DNA of 64,000 nucleotides. It comes from Octopus vulgaris (taxonomy: Eukaryota). This document shows, piece after piece, positions 1 through 12,705 of the stretch. The position numbers and the translations under genes were made by a program. Where the stretch lies: the NCBI GenBank assembly GCA_951406725.2, contig OX597818.1, positions 44,578,001-44,642,000 of the forward strand, read 5' to 3'. Each line of letters starts with the position of its first letter. The first letter of the stretch is position 1. The notes below the pieces were generated by a model. That model did not search any database. It saw only the letters and a list, made by a program, of their open reading frames with translations, and had not been told where the DNA came from.

Positions 1-196
1 GCTTCAAAAAATTACACTAAAATACACTAATGGTTTATATCTGCTCTAGTCCTGACAGGAATCTGATATCTATAGTTTTTGATATCCAATTAGGAATTTG
101 ATATTTGGTTATTTTCTAGTCATGTAAATACTATATTTCCAATTTTGCTTTCAATATAACATGGTATATACTCTTTGACAACTAAAGAAGTTATAA

Positions 197-204
197 ATAA
201 TAAC

Positions 205-264
<60 letters not shown>
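197..264. repeat. (AAT)n microsatellite
   Basis: Direct read of tandem AAT units. Confidence 0.95.
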
Positions 265-649
265 TGCATCTTGTTTTTAAAGTTAACAACAGTATGTGAC
301 AGACTACCAGAAGACAGTAATAATTAAGAACCATTGGAGGACAGTGGTACTGCAACTACCAGTGAACCTAGGTCATTGATGATAGAAAAGAATAAGTAAC
401 ACATATATCATTATTACTGATGCAAGTACAAGTTGCACTTGATAGATGATGATGGTGATGATTTAGGGAAAGGTATAGTGCATTGATTGAGTATTTTTCA
501 AGTAAGGCTGGTAAGGCCAGTCTGTGAAATGAACGAAATAGAAATATAGGTAAGGAAAAAAATTTTTCAATGGAAGAAGAAAGGTTGACATATGTGTGCA
601 TGTGTGTGTATATACATAAATATATATTTATTTATATATACATAAATGC

Positions 650-679
<30 letters not shown>

Positions 680-681
<2 letters not shown>

Positions 682-1525
682 TACTCTCAAAATTGGCAAA
701 TGTTGGAATCCATGGCAAACTTCTACACTGGATTGAGTATTTCCTGGTGAATAGAACACAACATGCTGTGGTCGATGGAGTCCACTCAAGCCCAATAAAA
801 GTCACCAGTGGTGTCCCTCAGGGGACTGCCTTGGGCCCGCTCCTATTTATAATCTACATAAATGACCTTTCCAGTGTAATAAATCACTGCAACGTGAAAA
901 TATTTGCTGGTGACACTAAGCTCTAACAAATCCTCAATGAAGAAGACCGAACTCAACTCCAGTCTGATCTATATTCGGTGAGTCAATGGGCAGATAAAGA
1001 GAAAATACAACTAAATGAGGGAAAATTTGAGCTGATGCATTTTGGAATAAAGTCCACACTAAAACAGCCATACTCTCTTCCTTCAGGGGAACTGCTCAAG
1101 CATCTAATAATATCAGAGACCTAGGAGTAATTGTTGATAACAATCTCAGCTGGAGTGCCCACATCAACAACAAGGTCGATATAGCTTGTAGGATGAGCTC
1201 CTGGATCTTAAGAACCTTCCGGTCCAGAGAACAAGGTGTCATCAATCCACTTTTCTCCTCCTTTGTGCAGCCACACCTTGAACATTGCTGCCCCCTGTTG
1301 TCTCCCCATACAAAACAAAACATCTCAAAAATTGAATCACCCCAGAGGGCACTCACTAAATGAATTAAGGGCATGAATGATTTCGATTACTGGGACTGCC
1401 TTAAAGCCTTGAAACTCTACTCTCTCCAGTGCTGCTGCAAGTGGTAAATCATTTGCACGATGTAGAGAATATACCACCAGCATTGCCCAAACGACCTGAA
1501 CATTAGTTTCAAGGTTCATCCAAGG
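680..1525 (+). mobile_element. Decayed CR1/L2-group non-LTR retrotransposon RT fragment
   Basis: Translates to LLSKL..GIHGKLLHWIEYFLVNRTQ..VTSGVPQGTALGPLLFIIYINDL..KIFAGDTKL (FADD mutated), then LQSDL, RDLGVIVDNNLSW and QPHLEHC, with stops and frameshifts. Confidence 0.9.
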
Positions 1526-1529
1526 CTGG

Positions 1530-2668
1530 GTGAAAAGGTTGTGCTGTTACCTATACAGGGGAAATAGGACAATTATTTAGGAGAAGATATGCAAAAAATC
1601 ATGATGGTATACAATATATCTTTCTCTTTTTTTGAGATTTTATGCATGATAGCAGCTCCTACAGTGGATTTTGGTAAAATTGAAGCACTGGCAGTCAGGG
1701 AGTTCCTCTTTTGCAAGGCAAAGGAGCAGCAGAAATACATAGTGAGATGAAGGAAGTCTTGAAGGATGGCTACCCATCTTACTCCATAGTGAAAATCTGG
1801 GTGTCAGGGTTTTGGACTGGTTATTTTGAGGTTAAAGATAAACCTTGTCAGGACGGCCAACTTCTGTGACCGCTGAGGACAAAGCTGACACTGTGCACAT
1901 CATGGTTCTTGAGGACCGCTGTATTGCAGCTAAAGTCATAGCTGAGACTCTGGAGATTTCCCGAGAAAGATTTGGCCACATCATTCACAACATTCTGGAC
2001 ACAAGAAAGCCTTCCACAAAATGGGTGCCAAAATGCCTGAATGAAAATAAGAAGAGCATCAGAATGACAACATCAAAGGTGATTTTCGACCAGTTTACAG
2101 TGGGAAAGATTAATTTTATGGCCTATTTAGTCACCATGGATGAAATTTGGCCTCATCATTATGATACCCAGACCAAGCAGCAAAGCAATCAATTGAGTGG
2201 CACCACAGTGGTTTACTGCATTCCAAGAAGTTTTAGATCCAGAAATCAACTGGAAATATTCTGGCTTCAGTGTTCTTGGATGAAGACGAAGTGTAGCTCA
2301 TGAAATATCTGCCAAAAGGTTGCACCATCAAGGTAGAGTATACATGTTTCTGTCGGATGAACTGCATGGAGCTTTGAAGCAGAAATGCCATGGAAAGCTG
2401 AGCTGTAGTACCCTGTTTTCTGCAGAACATTGTGACAGCACACAAGCACAAGAAACTCTATGGAAAATGTGACTTTGGCTTTGATTTGGTAGATCACCCA
2501 CCTTAGTCTCCTGATTTGGCCCTTCCAACTATCACTTCTTTCCACAACTGAAGAAACATCTCAAGAGAAGAAAATTTCACTCTGAATCAGAAGTGATTGC
2601 TGCTACAGTGGACTGGCTGGAGGCCCAACTTTATGAGTTTTTTTTTGACAGGGTTTATACACCCTCTT
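1530..2668 (+). mobile_element. Mariner (Tc1/mariner) transposon with transposase pseudogene
   Basis: EIHSEMKEVLKDGYPSYSIVKIW, SGRP, KWVPKCL (WVPHEL-like), VTMDEIW.HHYD (first catalytic D) and HPP*SPDLA (YSPDLAP-like); frameshifted. Ends approximate. Confidence 0.9.
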
Positions 2669-2702
2669 GTGTGTATATATATATATATATAAATAAATAT
2701 AT

Positions 2703-2808
2703 GGCCTGCTCACTTAGCCAGTGGGATGGCATCATTCAAAAGCTAAAATGATGTAAAGCACATTATGACCAATGATATATAGCATCTGATAGTATGGTTG
2801 ATCACATG
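2703..2808 (+). mobile_element. SINE family D 3' fragment
   Basis: Matches the tail of the full copy at 20877-21171 and of 57074-57190. Confidence 0.75.
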
Positions 2809-3448
2809 ATATATATATATATTTATATATATAGATAGATAGATAGAGAGAGAGAGAGAGAGGAAGAGAGAAAGAGAGAGAAAGAGAGAGAAAGACGAAG
2901 AGAGAAAGAGAGAGAGAGAGAAGAAAGAGAGGAGGAGGAGAGAGAGGGATTCCATTCAGTACAGGAGTGGCGTCATTTTTTATTAAGCTTGAAAAGTTAA
3001 AAGCAAAGTTGACCTGGGTAGGATCTGAACTGAGAGCAGAAAGAACTAAAAGAAATACTGTAAAACTTGCCGTGATCCATTACATATACACATGCACATT
3101 CAAATACAAACACATAGGTGTACACATGCATATATATTACAGACTGACCATTCCGGGTATCTGTCTACCATGCATAAATACATACATACACACACACACA
3201 TATATTTATATACATCCATCCATACACACACACACACACACATATTTATATACATACATACATACATACACACACACACATATATTTATATACATTCATC
3301 CATCCATACATATATATATATTAAAGAGAGCTGGAATGGACTGTATGTAATATATGTACATGTATGCATATATACATACATATATGTATATGATGGCTTA
3401 TCATCTGGGTATCCAGCTGTAGAAACTGAAGCAAAAATAAACATGTAC

Positions 3449-3489
<41 letters not shown>

Positions 3490-3854
3490 CATATATTCAT
3501 GCATGATCAGAGGCAGTATCTTCTAAGTTCATCAAAGCAGGATATTAAAGTATTTAATATCTTTCTCCCTTACATTCACAGAGACACACATTTAAGCATA
3601 TGCCTATATAGTGGTATCTGTTTAGTAATTCGAATATAATGTTGAAAGTTTCTCCTTAATCTTTTGATCTTTAAATGGATTTTCAAATGTGCTATGCTGT
3701 TTCTGAGTGTCAACGACAGATCGAGTTGTTGTGAGAGTGTAGGAATGGATGGAGATACTTCTATCCAAGCCTTGCAAAAAAAAAAACATCATATTATTTA
3801 CCACCCGACAACCTACACAAAAGAAATGAACTTAGCTCTGTGTGTGTGAGTATG

Positions 3855-3902
<48 letters not shown>

Positions 3903-3905
<3 letters not shown>

Positions 3906-4317
3906 GGGTGTTGGAAAGTTCCTGGCTTTAACCCTTTAGTGTTCAGATTATTCTGTCAAAGGTGATGTTTGTTTATTTATATTGTTTTGAATTAATCATG
4001 CATTATCTTGTAGTTTAGAGATTTCAGTGATGTGATTTTTTTTAGTTTTAGAATGACATTGTAGGGAGGAGGTGAGAGGCAATAGCTGGTCAGTTTCAAT
4101 ATCAAACAGGTTAAATATTTTGGCTGGATATGGCCGGTTTGAATGCTAAAGGGTTAAGGGTATCACAAAAGACTTCATTGGAGGCCCAATCTTCTGAGTT
4201 CTTTTACCGGGCTTAGAAAAACTGAAGGACCACTGCAATACATGTGTGAATCTGAGAAGGGAATATATTGAATAAAATCATAATTAACTGATCTGCCTGT
4301 ATTTTCTTTTACTTAAA
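3903..4317 (+). mobile_element. Mariner-derived MITE, interrupted by a TTAA MITE
   Basis: Follows TA; starts AAGGGGTGTTGGAAAGTTCCTGG (TIR-like); the second part encodes a mariner C-terminus (LEKLKDHCNTCVNLRREYIE*) and shares GGAGGCCCAA with 2620-2630. Confidence 0.7.
3932..4153. mobile_element. piggyBac-type MITE (222 bp)
   Basis: TTAA|CCCTTTAG...CTAAAGGG|TTAA: TTAA duplications at 3928-3931 and 4154-4157; second copy at 38409-38629. Confidence 0.88.
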
Positions 4318-4358
4318 CACACACACACAAATATATACATGTATATATATGTATATTA

Positions 4359-4756
4359 TTTTACTTGTTTCAGTCATTTGACTGTGGCCATGCTGGAGCA
4401 CCACCTTTAGTTGAACAAATCAACCCCAGGGCTTATTCTTCGTAAGCCTAGTACTTATTCTATCAGTTTCTTTTTCCGAACTGTTAGGTTATGGGGACAT
4501 AAACACACCAGCATTGGTTGTCAAGCGATGGTGGTGGTGGGGACAAACACAGACATGCAAACACACACACACACACCCACACATATATAAATACAACGGG
4601 CTTCTTTCAGTTTCCGTCTACCAAATCCACTCACAAGGCTTTGGTTGGCCCGAGGCTATAGTAGAAGACACTTGCCAATGGTGCCATGCAGTGGGAATGA
4701 ACCCGAAACCATGTGGTTGGTAAGCAAGCTACTTACCACACAGCCACTCCTACACC
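4359..4756 (-). mobile_element. SINE family A (tRNA head, CORE-like segment, internal CA/TA microsatellite)
   Basis: Minus strand reads GGAGTGGCTGTGTGGTAAG..GGTTC (Pol III A/B-box-like), then a GGCAAGTGTCTT core. More than 10 copies in the window. Confidence 0.9.
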
Positions 4757-4887
4757 TATATATATATATATGTCATACCTCCCTGCTTCCATTTCCTGAG
4801 CGCCTATTAATAATAATACTGTAATTGTTCCCTTGTTGTTGTTTTTTTGTTTCCCGTTTGGATTAAAATTATATATATATATATATA

Positions 4888-5338
4888 TATAACAAATAAG
4901 AAAGTGGAGAGGATACAAAATCGACAGACATCAGCCGGTAAACATTCCAGTATGTCTTTTTATTCTATTTGATAATCTGTACCACATGTATTAGTGGTAC
5001 AGATTATCAAATAGAAAGAGTCGGTAATTGCAAAAACAAGGGTGTGGAAACATATAATCATACAGGAACAGGTGATAAATTGAGTAAATGAGCAAATGAG
5101 TAAAAGGGTAAATGAACAGATTGTCAGTAAAACCGAATGGACTCATTTGCTCATTTACTCAATTAATCACCTGTTCCTATATGATTATATGCTTCCACAC
5201 CCTTGTTTTTGCAATTACAAACTCTTTCAATTTGATAATCTGTACCACTAGTACATTGGAAGAAATAGTCATACTGGAATGTTTACCAGCTGATGCCTGT
5301 TGATTCTGTATCCTCTCCGCTTTCTTATTTGCCATATA
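4888..5338. repeat. Long inverted repeat (arms ~4888-5101 and ~5141-5338), TA-flanked
   Basis: AATAAGAAAGTGGAGAGGATAC versus GTATCCTCTCCGCTTTCTTATT; inner TGAGTAAATGAGCAAATGAGT versus ACTCATTTGCTCATTTACTCA. Confidence 0.9.
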
Positions 5339-5540
5339 AATCAATGGTAAACCACTTTTTACCCCTGTTCAAATATAACACTCAATTACAAGATTGCCAC
5401 GCAATAACTAGTACTTGAGTATGAATATTTGGGTACACTACAAGCAGTATATTAGACAAGTGTTATCCCTTAGTTGGTTTCTCAACCTCTAACTCACACA
5501 GAAATATATATATATATATTCCATTTATTTCTTTTCGTAG

Positions 5541-5599
5541 TCCCTACTGATGAGGGGAAAATCCGTTGGATTAATCCTGAAATTGATTCAGTATAGAGA
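5541..5599 (+). ncRNA. Type I hammerhead ribozyme fold (C3-G8 core)
   Basis: tcccta CTGATGA [gggga a aatcc gtt ggatt aa tcct] GAAA ttgattcag TA tagaga: stems I, II and III present, GUA site. Confidence 0.75.
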
Positions 5600-5745
5600 T
5601 AACACATTTAAAAAAAAATTCTGTCAGTTTGCCTTCTTCGATTTCAGCATGACATTTATTCATATTGTATGTGGTGACTTATGATTTAAAGTCTATTCTC
5701 AGCATATTGGCTTAGAAATCTTTTTTCTTTTGCCCTTATTTATAA

Positions 5746-5801
<56 letters not shown>

Positions 5802-5900
5802 TATATAAATAAGGATAAGATTGTTAATTTAAAAATAAAATAACGATTTTATCAAGTGGTCAGCATGGAAAAAATAACCTTCAAATGTAATAATTATTAA

Positions 5901-6184
5901 AATTATAAATTAGGGTATCTACGAGATACCACCATGCTGAAAATAGTAGCCATGATCTGACTCTAAAAGCAGTCCTAAATGCAAAACCAGAAATCTAAAA
6001 GCATTCCTAAATGCAAAGCCAGAAATCCAGGATCTAGAATTATCCAGTAATTTTTTACTAGTTTCATCTTGTCTCTTTGTTTTCTCTCCGTGTTGATATG
6101 TGGACGATTAAGGCAGTTTTAGAGTCAGATCATGGCTGCTATTTTCAGCATGGTGGTATCTCGTAGATACCCTAATTTATAATT
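5901..6184. repeat. Inverted repeat, 68-bp arms (5901-5968 and 6117-6184)
   Basis: Arms are reverse complements with one mismatch; module lies between (TA)n tracts. Confidence 0.92.
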
Positions 6185-6929
6185 ATACATATACATTATA
6201 TATATATATCATCAGTGTATCATATATCTGAAAAAGAAGTGCACTGTAAAGCAGAGCAATAATGTATTTATATGTCTGGTCATAGAGTAACCAATTGTTT
6301 TACATCCATATGTATGTATATATGTATGTGTATATGTATTCATGTATGCATGTATCTGTGTAATAGGGATTCAATAGTACAATCTTAACAATGTCTCTTT
6401 AATCATTTAGAATCTACCAGTAAACATAAACATATAATGAATATAATTATTTAATGTGTAAATGTAAATAGCTTGTTATTATACATTAGTTATGTGTGTT
6501 ACTCGATTATTTGATGTAGTGGTGTAGCAGAATTAAATTGAAAGGAACAGAATTTGAAAACCAGAAAAAGAACAACCTGAAAGTTATATGATCGTGTTTA
6601 GTCAATAATTGCAAGAAACTTCAAAGCAAACAGAATGGATTTATTTAGCTGACACACTGTTTTACTTGCTAATTTGACACCACTTAATGAGATAGAATAG
6701 ATATTCCATAACACAAAGAAGTGAGTCAACCTCCTCAGGTAATAAGATTCTAGTCTGATGTTGGCATCCAACAGTTGACATCAGAGAAATCATAGGCCGG
6801 TAGTGTCTTTGAACAAGGAATAATAGAGAGGTGAGAGAAGAGATTAAGAACTAAAAATATATAAATATATATATAAATGGGCAAGAAAAATGGTAAGACA
6901 TAGAGCAAAAGAGAAGAAACAAGTGGGGC

Positions 6930-7230
<301 letters not shown>

Positions 7231-7460
7231 TCTGCCAGCCATTTTGGCATACAGCCATTGATAGCTTGGCTTCAGTCAGACCTTTTGCTTACAGAATGAA
7301 TGTTGGCAAATCTGCTCTTCCTTTAAGAAACCTAGGGTATCAGGATGGCATGCTGGCTGTAATTTACATAATAAATTGTTAATTTGTTTGTGTGTGCATT
7401 AGTGTGCATGCACCTCGCTCCATCTACCCCTATGTACTTACCTACCTACCTACCAACAAC

Positions 7461-7462
<2 letters not shown>

Positions 7463-7515
<53 letters not shown>

Positions 7516-7586
7516 ATCTCTCTATCTTATCTATCTATCTATCTATCTTATCTATCTATCTTATCTATCTATCTTATCTATCTATC

Positions 7587-7646
<60 letters not shown>
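7463..7646. repeat. (TATC)n microsatellite
   Basis: Direct read. Confidence 0.95.
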
Positions 7647-7647
<1 letters not shown>

Positions 7648-7789
7648 GCTTTTTCTCACTCAACATCCATACATACATGTGTGTGTATGTATGAGAGAGA
7701 GAGAATACTTAAAGGAGGAACGAAGGTTATTTTTCTTGCTTGTATTAGACTGAATTTCCTTTATTACAAGAGGAGGTAAGATTTTTGAA

Positions 7790-8700
7790 ATACAATTGAA
7801 AGTAATTAAGGATATGAAGACAAAGAATGCTCTTGGTCCATCATGCATCATTGCTGAAATGCTTAAAATATATGATAGAGTGTGATATGGTTTAGTCACC
7901 CATATAGTTAAATCAGGTTGTACAGGAAGATATTATACTTAATAACTGGTATAGTAGCATTATAATCAACTGTTACAAGGGTAAAGTAGATGCCTTAGAT
8001 AAAAGTAATTACAGAGGTATCAAATTGCTGGTCCAGTTCATGAAAGTCACAGAGAGAGTAATAGCCCAATTAATTAGAAACAGAGTTGGATTTGAAGAGA
8101 TGCAGTTTGATTTTGTGCTGGGGTGAAGTACTATTGATGCCATCTTCCCGCTAAGACAACTACAGGAAAAGTATGTAGCTAAAATTATACCCTTGTACTT
8201 AACACTAATCAACCTGGAGAAAGCTTTTGAAAGAGTCCCTCACTTGGTGATCAGGTGGATTCTAAGGTGGATTCTAAGACAAATGGCTTGTGAGAGCCAA
8301 ACAAGCCATGTACAAAGGTGCAGTCAGTAAGATGAGGGTTAGCTATGAATCCAGAGAATTTAGAGTACAGGTAGATTTTTTTCAGGGCTTGGTTCTCAGT
8401 CCCTTCCTATTCACCATAGTCCTATTGACTATAACAGAAGAATTTAAGACCAGCTGCCCTTAGAAACTACTATATGCTGACAAACACATTCCTATCAGAT
8501 TCTGTAGTAGAATTAGAAAAGAAATTTCAGGTGTGGAAGTAAAACCTGAAATTAAAGGGCCTTAAAGTTAACTTAGCAAAGACCAAAGTTCTAGTAATGA
8601 AGAAAGCAGACAACCACATCCTTCAGGCAACTGCTCTGTTCAATATGTAGGAAAGGTATGGACAGGAATCCCTAACAGTGTACCAAGTACAAGCTAACTG
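7790..8700 (+). mobile_element. Decayed RTE-clade LINE RT region
   Basis: GPSCIIAEMLK; CYKGKVDALDKSNYRGIKLL; MQFDFVLG*STIDAIFPLRQLQEKY; NLEKAFERVP; LLYAD. Multiple stops and frameshifts. Confidence 0.9.
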
Positions 8701-9329
8701 TGGTATTACTCAGTGGCTGTAATCATTTGGGAGTAGATACATATCTCATTCCGTTTTACACTACAGTCAGTCCCCTCTTCCCCTGGAAGGACTTCTTATT
8801 AACATCCAGCCCTCATTCTTATTATCATAGCTTCTCACACTATTTTCCACTGATCACCCCATTTCTACACTTTCAGTTATCTTTCCTTCTCCTCTAAGTT
8901 ACACCTGAGGTCTATCATACCTTCTTTAACATCTCTCATATCTACTATCATTCTCAACATCCTCTTATATCTTCCCTCAATGCACTCCACACCACTGTCA
9001 ACCCACCACACAATAACCACATTCATGAACGTCTGACCACCATCTCTGTTGCTGTGCACTCCTCTCTTCTCACAACCTGCATATCATCTCCCTACTTCCC
9101 TTACTTTCCCACTGACAATCTGTCCATATTCTCTCTGATACTCTCTTTCTAGTTCCTTGAGAGTACATCCTAGCAACCATGTCACCACTGCCTTTATCTT
9201 CCTCCTCTTATTTCCCTCACCTTTATATAATGCAGTGTAGCTATGCATCTCCACTATAGAAAACACCTGTGCTTGTCCCTCATACTTTAACCTTTCAACA
9301 CCCATTCAGTTGAGATCACTTTTACTTTC

Positions 9330-9537
9330 TTTTTCTTGTCTTGCAAGTTACTTGGTGATCCCACGAGGGCCAGTTTCCTGAAAAAAAGCATCCAGTACAC
9401 ACTATATAGTTAGGAAGGGCATCCAGCCCTAGAAACCATGCCAAAGCTGATACTGGAATTCACCATGGCTCATCAGATCCTGTCATACCATCCAGCTAAT
9501 GCCAGCATGGGAAACAGACATTAAATGATGATAGTAA
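9330..9537 (+). mobile_element. RTE LINE 3' UTR, diverged copy
   Basis: GTTAGGAAGGGCATCCAG..GCCAGCATGG..TTAAATGATGAT motifs shared with the other copies. Confidence 0.7.
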
Positions 9538-10213
9538 TGAAAAAATTGTGATAAAGTTTGAGTATCTTGAGCTTTAAAATAAACAATGCTACATACTCAG
9601 TAAGTTACTATTTATAGATAATGGTCACCGTTTATAGGGCAATGAGGCTTCTGTTGAGTTTTGAACCATCTTGCTCAGATCCCCAGTTTAGAACCATGAC
9701 CTAACTATATTGTTATAAAAGGCACAAGCCAGTTACAAGAAATTAACAGTGTCATCATAAAATGCATTACAATCTATGTGAACATGGTTTACCCATTCAG
9801 ATTGCTGGCATATAATCAAATAATTGGAAAACTTGAAAGTAAGTTTTGTGAAAATTTTGTCCAAATAATTTTGCTGAAGGTTCTAGAAACTTGACTGAAT
9901 GTTATAAAAGTTGGGATATTAAACTCCCCACAAAAATTCTGCAGGTGCTACACATAACTCTGTAGGTGACCTACAGAGTTCTGTGTAATAAGGTGTTTTC
10001 AATTTTTCTATAAATTCTATCTTTAATAACCATGAGTAATTTTTCATATAAATAACTAAAGTATTTTCAGCAATGGAAAATTTTAACTATTACATTTACT
10101 ATCTCTTATATGCTGTTTTATTTTAAATAATTGTTGTACATGTGTAAAGCAAATCTTCTGAGTAATTAGAAAAATATGGAAACTTATATAAATATTAATG
10201 TAATCATTCTCAC

Positions 10214-10274
10214 CTTCACGTACAGCCCACCTAATATTGCGTTCAGCCAATGACGAAATAATGACTAAGACCAA
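10214..10274 (-). CDS. Candidate isolated 61-nt exon (LVLVIISSLAERNIRWAVRE)
   Basis: tttcaattttAG acceptor, AAG|GTGAGA donor, only one of three frames open, unique sequence. No protein family recognised. Confidence 0.25.
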
Positions 10275-10489
10275 CTAAAATTGAAACCAAACATGCATTA
10301 TGCTAAATAATGTGAACGTAGAGGAAAACAAACACAAAATCAGGCGTAGAGACCCATTATGAAACATGTTTACATAAAAAACATATATATATGCATACAC
10401 ACACACATATATATATGTATGTTTATATCAGTATATACAGATATTATGTATTCTATATGTGTGAGTATGTATATTTACACACACACATG

Positions 10490-10628
10490 GTATACGTGTG
10501 GGTGGTTGAGAAGTTTGCTTCTCAACCACATAGTCTCAGGTTCAATCCCACTGTGCAGCACTTTGTACAAGTATTTTCTGCTATATTCCAAGGTGGCCAG
10601 TCCTTTGTAAGTGAATATGGTAGATGGA
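10490..10628 (+). mobile_element. SINE family A 5' fragment
   Basis: Head and core similarity to 45748-46166. Confidence 0.7.
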
Positions 10629-10934
10629 AACGGTACAAAGCCCATCTTATGTGAGTATGTGTGTGTGTGTGTGTGTGTATGTGTGTGTGTGTGCTTGCAT
10701 GCTTTGTGTAAGTGTGAATATTTACATTCTGTGCTACTCTGAAAAATCTTCGAACATCAGATGAGGAGGTTTGATGACATTTCCTTATCAATAAATCTTT
10801 TGGTAATTACCCCCATAATTACACAGCTGACAAAATTAAACTCTTCCTTGTAAAACAGATAAAGGTTGTAAAATCTATGCTTCAAATATATATATATATA
10901 TATAACAGTTGACGAGAATGTGTATATATATATA

Positions 10935-11125
10935 TAATGAGAATTTACAAAAAAACAAAAGGCAAAGATGGGTGTGCAAACAACAAACAAATGTATTAGT
11001 TTAATGCTCAGGAAGTGAGAAAGTCTTTTACGTTTCGAGCGTACTCTCTTTGACGGAAGGGAACACAGAAATAAACAGGGAGAAAAAATAGAAAAAGGTA
11101 TAATGGCTAGTGATCTATCATATAT
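10935..11125 (-). mobile_element. Family E hammerhead-bearing module (Penelope-like terminal remnant); decayed fold at 11024-11061
   Basis: Homologous to 25940-26092 and 54500-54712; minus strand reads ccctt CCGTCAA agagagtacgctc GAAA cg TA aaaga; TA-flanked. Confidence 0.7.
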
Positions 11126-11249
11126 ATATACATATAACAGCCAATGAGAAGGTATCATAGCTCTTCACTCCGAAATTTGAAACTCTGAGCACTATAATGA
11201 CAACCTTTTACCGTTTGTTCTAACTTATAATATATATATATATATATAT

Positions 11250-11633
11250 GTGGGCACGTAACAAACACCATCCGATCGTGGCCGTTCGCCAGCCTCATCT
11301 GGCACCTGTGTCAGTGGCACATAAAAAACACCATCTGAGCGTGGCCGTCTGCCAGCCTCGTCTGGCACCTGTGTTGGTGGCACATAAAAAACACCATCCG
11401 AGCGTGGCCGTTCGCCAGCCTCGTCTGTCACCTGTGTCGGTAGCACATAAAATCACCCACTACACTCTCGGAGTGGTTGGCGTTGGGAAGGGCATCCAGC
11501 TGTAGAAACACTGCCAGATCTGACTGGAGCCTGGTGCAGCCTTCGGGCTCCCCAGACCCCAGTTGAACCGTCCAACCCATGCTAGCATGGAAAGCGGACG
11601 TTAAATGATGATGATGATGATGATGATGATGAT
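11250..11633 (+). mobile_element. RTE LINE 3' UTR with three ~59-bp tandem units and a (GAT)n tail
   Basis: Repeated GTGGCAC.TAAAAAACACCATCCGAGCGTGGCCGTTCGCCAGCCTCGTCTG units, conserved tail. Confidence 0.85.
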
Positions 11634-11820
11634 AAAAGATGGAGGTGGAAATAACACAGAAGTAATTAGACAATAGACACCCCATCCCTCACTCTCTAAC
11701 ACTTTGAGCCCTACACCAAACTATATTTAAAGAAGACTATAACGAAAAATCTCCAGACATGTTTTTGGCCCCCAGGCGGAAGATAAACTTTTTACTTCAA
11801 ATTTTCATAAATTTTTATTG

Positions 11821-11858
11821 ATATTTGATAAGATGAGATTCATCAAAACCAGTAGTAT
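11821..11858 (+). ncRNA. Decayed hammerhead fold, U3-A8 core
   Basis: atat TTGATAA gatga gat tcatc AAAA ccag TA gtat; both deviations from GAAA-ccgg are CpG-to-CpA changes. Confidence 0.5.
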
Positions 11859-12073
11859 TTTCTTTATATAATATTTTTAATCATTTTTATTAAATTCCCC
11901 CTTAAATTGAAATGTCTTAGACTTACTTCAGTGCTATTTCCGCCTCCATTTTTTCTATATAAAAGTTTGATTTGTATAGATCTCTAATCTTTTTTCAACT
12001 ATATATATATCTTTTCCCATTCCGTCTAGTTTCTGCTCACGAGCTGTGACCATGCTGGGGCACCACCATATAT

Positions 12074-12226
12074 GTGGTTGGCGTTAGGAAGGGCATCCAG
12101 CCGTAGAAACACTGCCAGATCTGACTGGGCCTGACGAAGCCTTCCAGCTTCACAGACCCCAGTTGAACCGTCCAACCCATGCTAGCATGGAAAGCGGACG
12201 CTAAATGATGATGATGATCATGATGA

Positions 12227-12229
<3 letters not shown>
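12074..12229 (+). mobile_element. RTE LINE 3' end with (GAT)n tail
   Basis: Near-identical to 11474-11633. Confidence 0.85.
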
Positions 12230-12267
<38 letters not shown>

Positions 12268-12327
12268 TAAAATATCCTAATATGGAAAAAAAACAAATGA
12301 ATGAAATATATAACTTTTATATTTTCC

Positions 12328-12705
12328 TTGTTTCAATCATTAGACTGTGGCCATGCTGGGGCACCATCTTGAAAAACTATTAGTCAAATGAATTAATCCC
12401 TGTACTTATTTTGTTTAAGTCTAGTACTTATTCTATCGATATCTTTTGCCAAACCACTAAGTTACAGGATTTTAACACATCAACATAAGTTGTCAAGTAG
12501 TGGTGGGAAACAAACAAGGACCCAAACACATACATACCCATATGACAAGCTTCTTTCAGTTTCCATGTACAAAATACATTCATAAGGCATTGGTCAGCCT
12601 GAGGCCTTAGTAGAAGACACTAGCCCAACATGCCACACAGTAGGACTGAACCCAAAACCATCTGGTTGGGAAGCAAATCTTTTACCACACAGCCACCCCC
12701 GCACA
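12328..12705 (-). mobile_element. SINE family A, diverged
   Basis: Colinear with 4359-4756. Confidence 0.85.
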
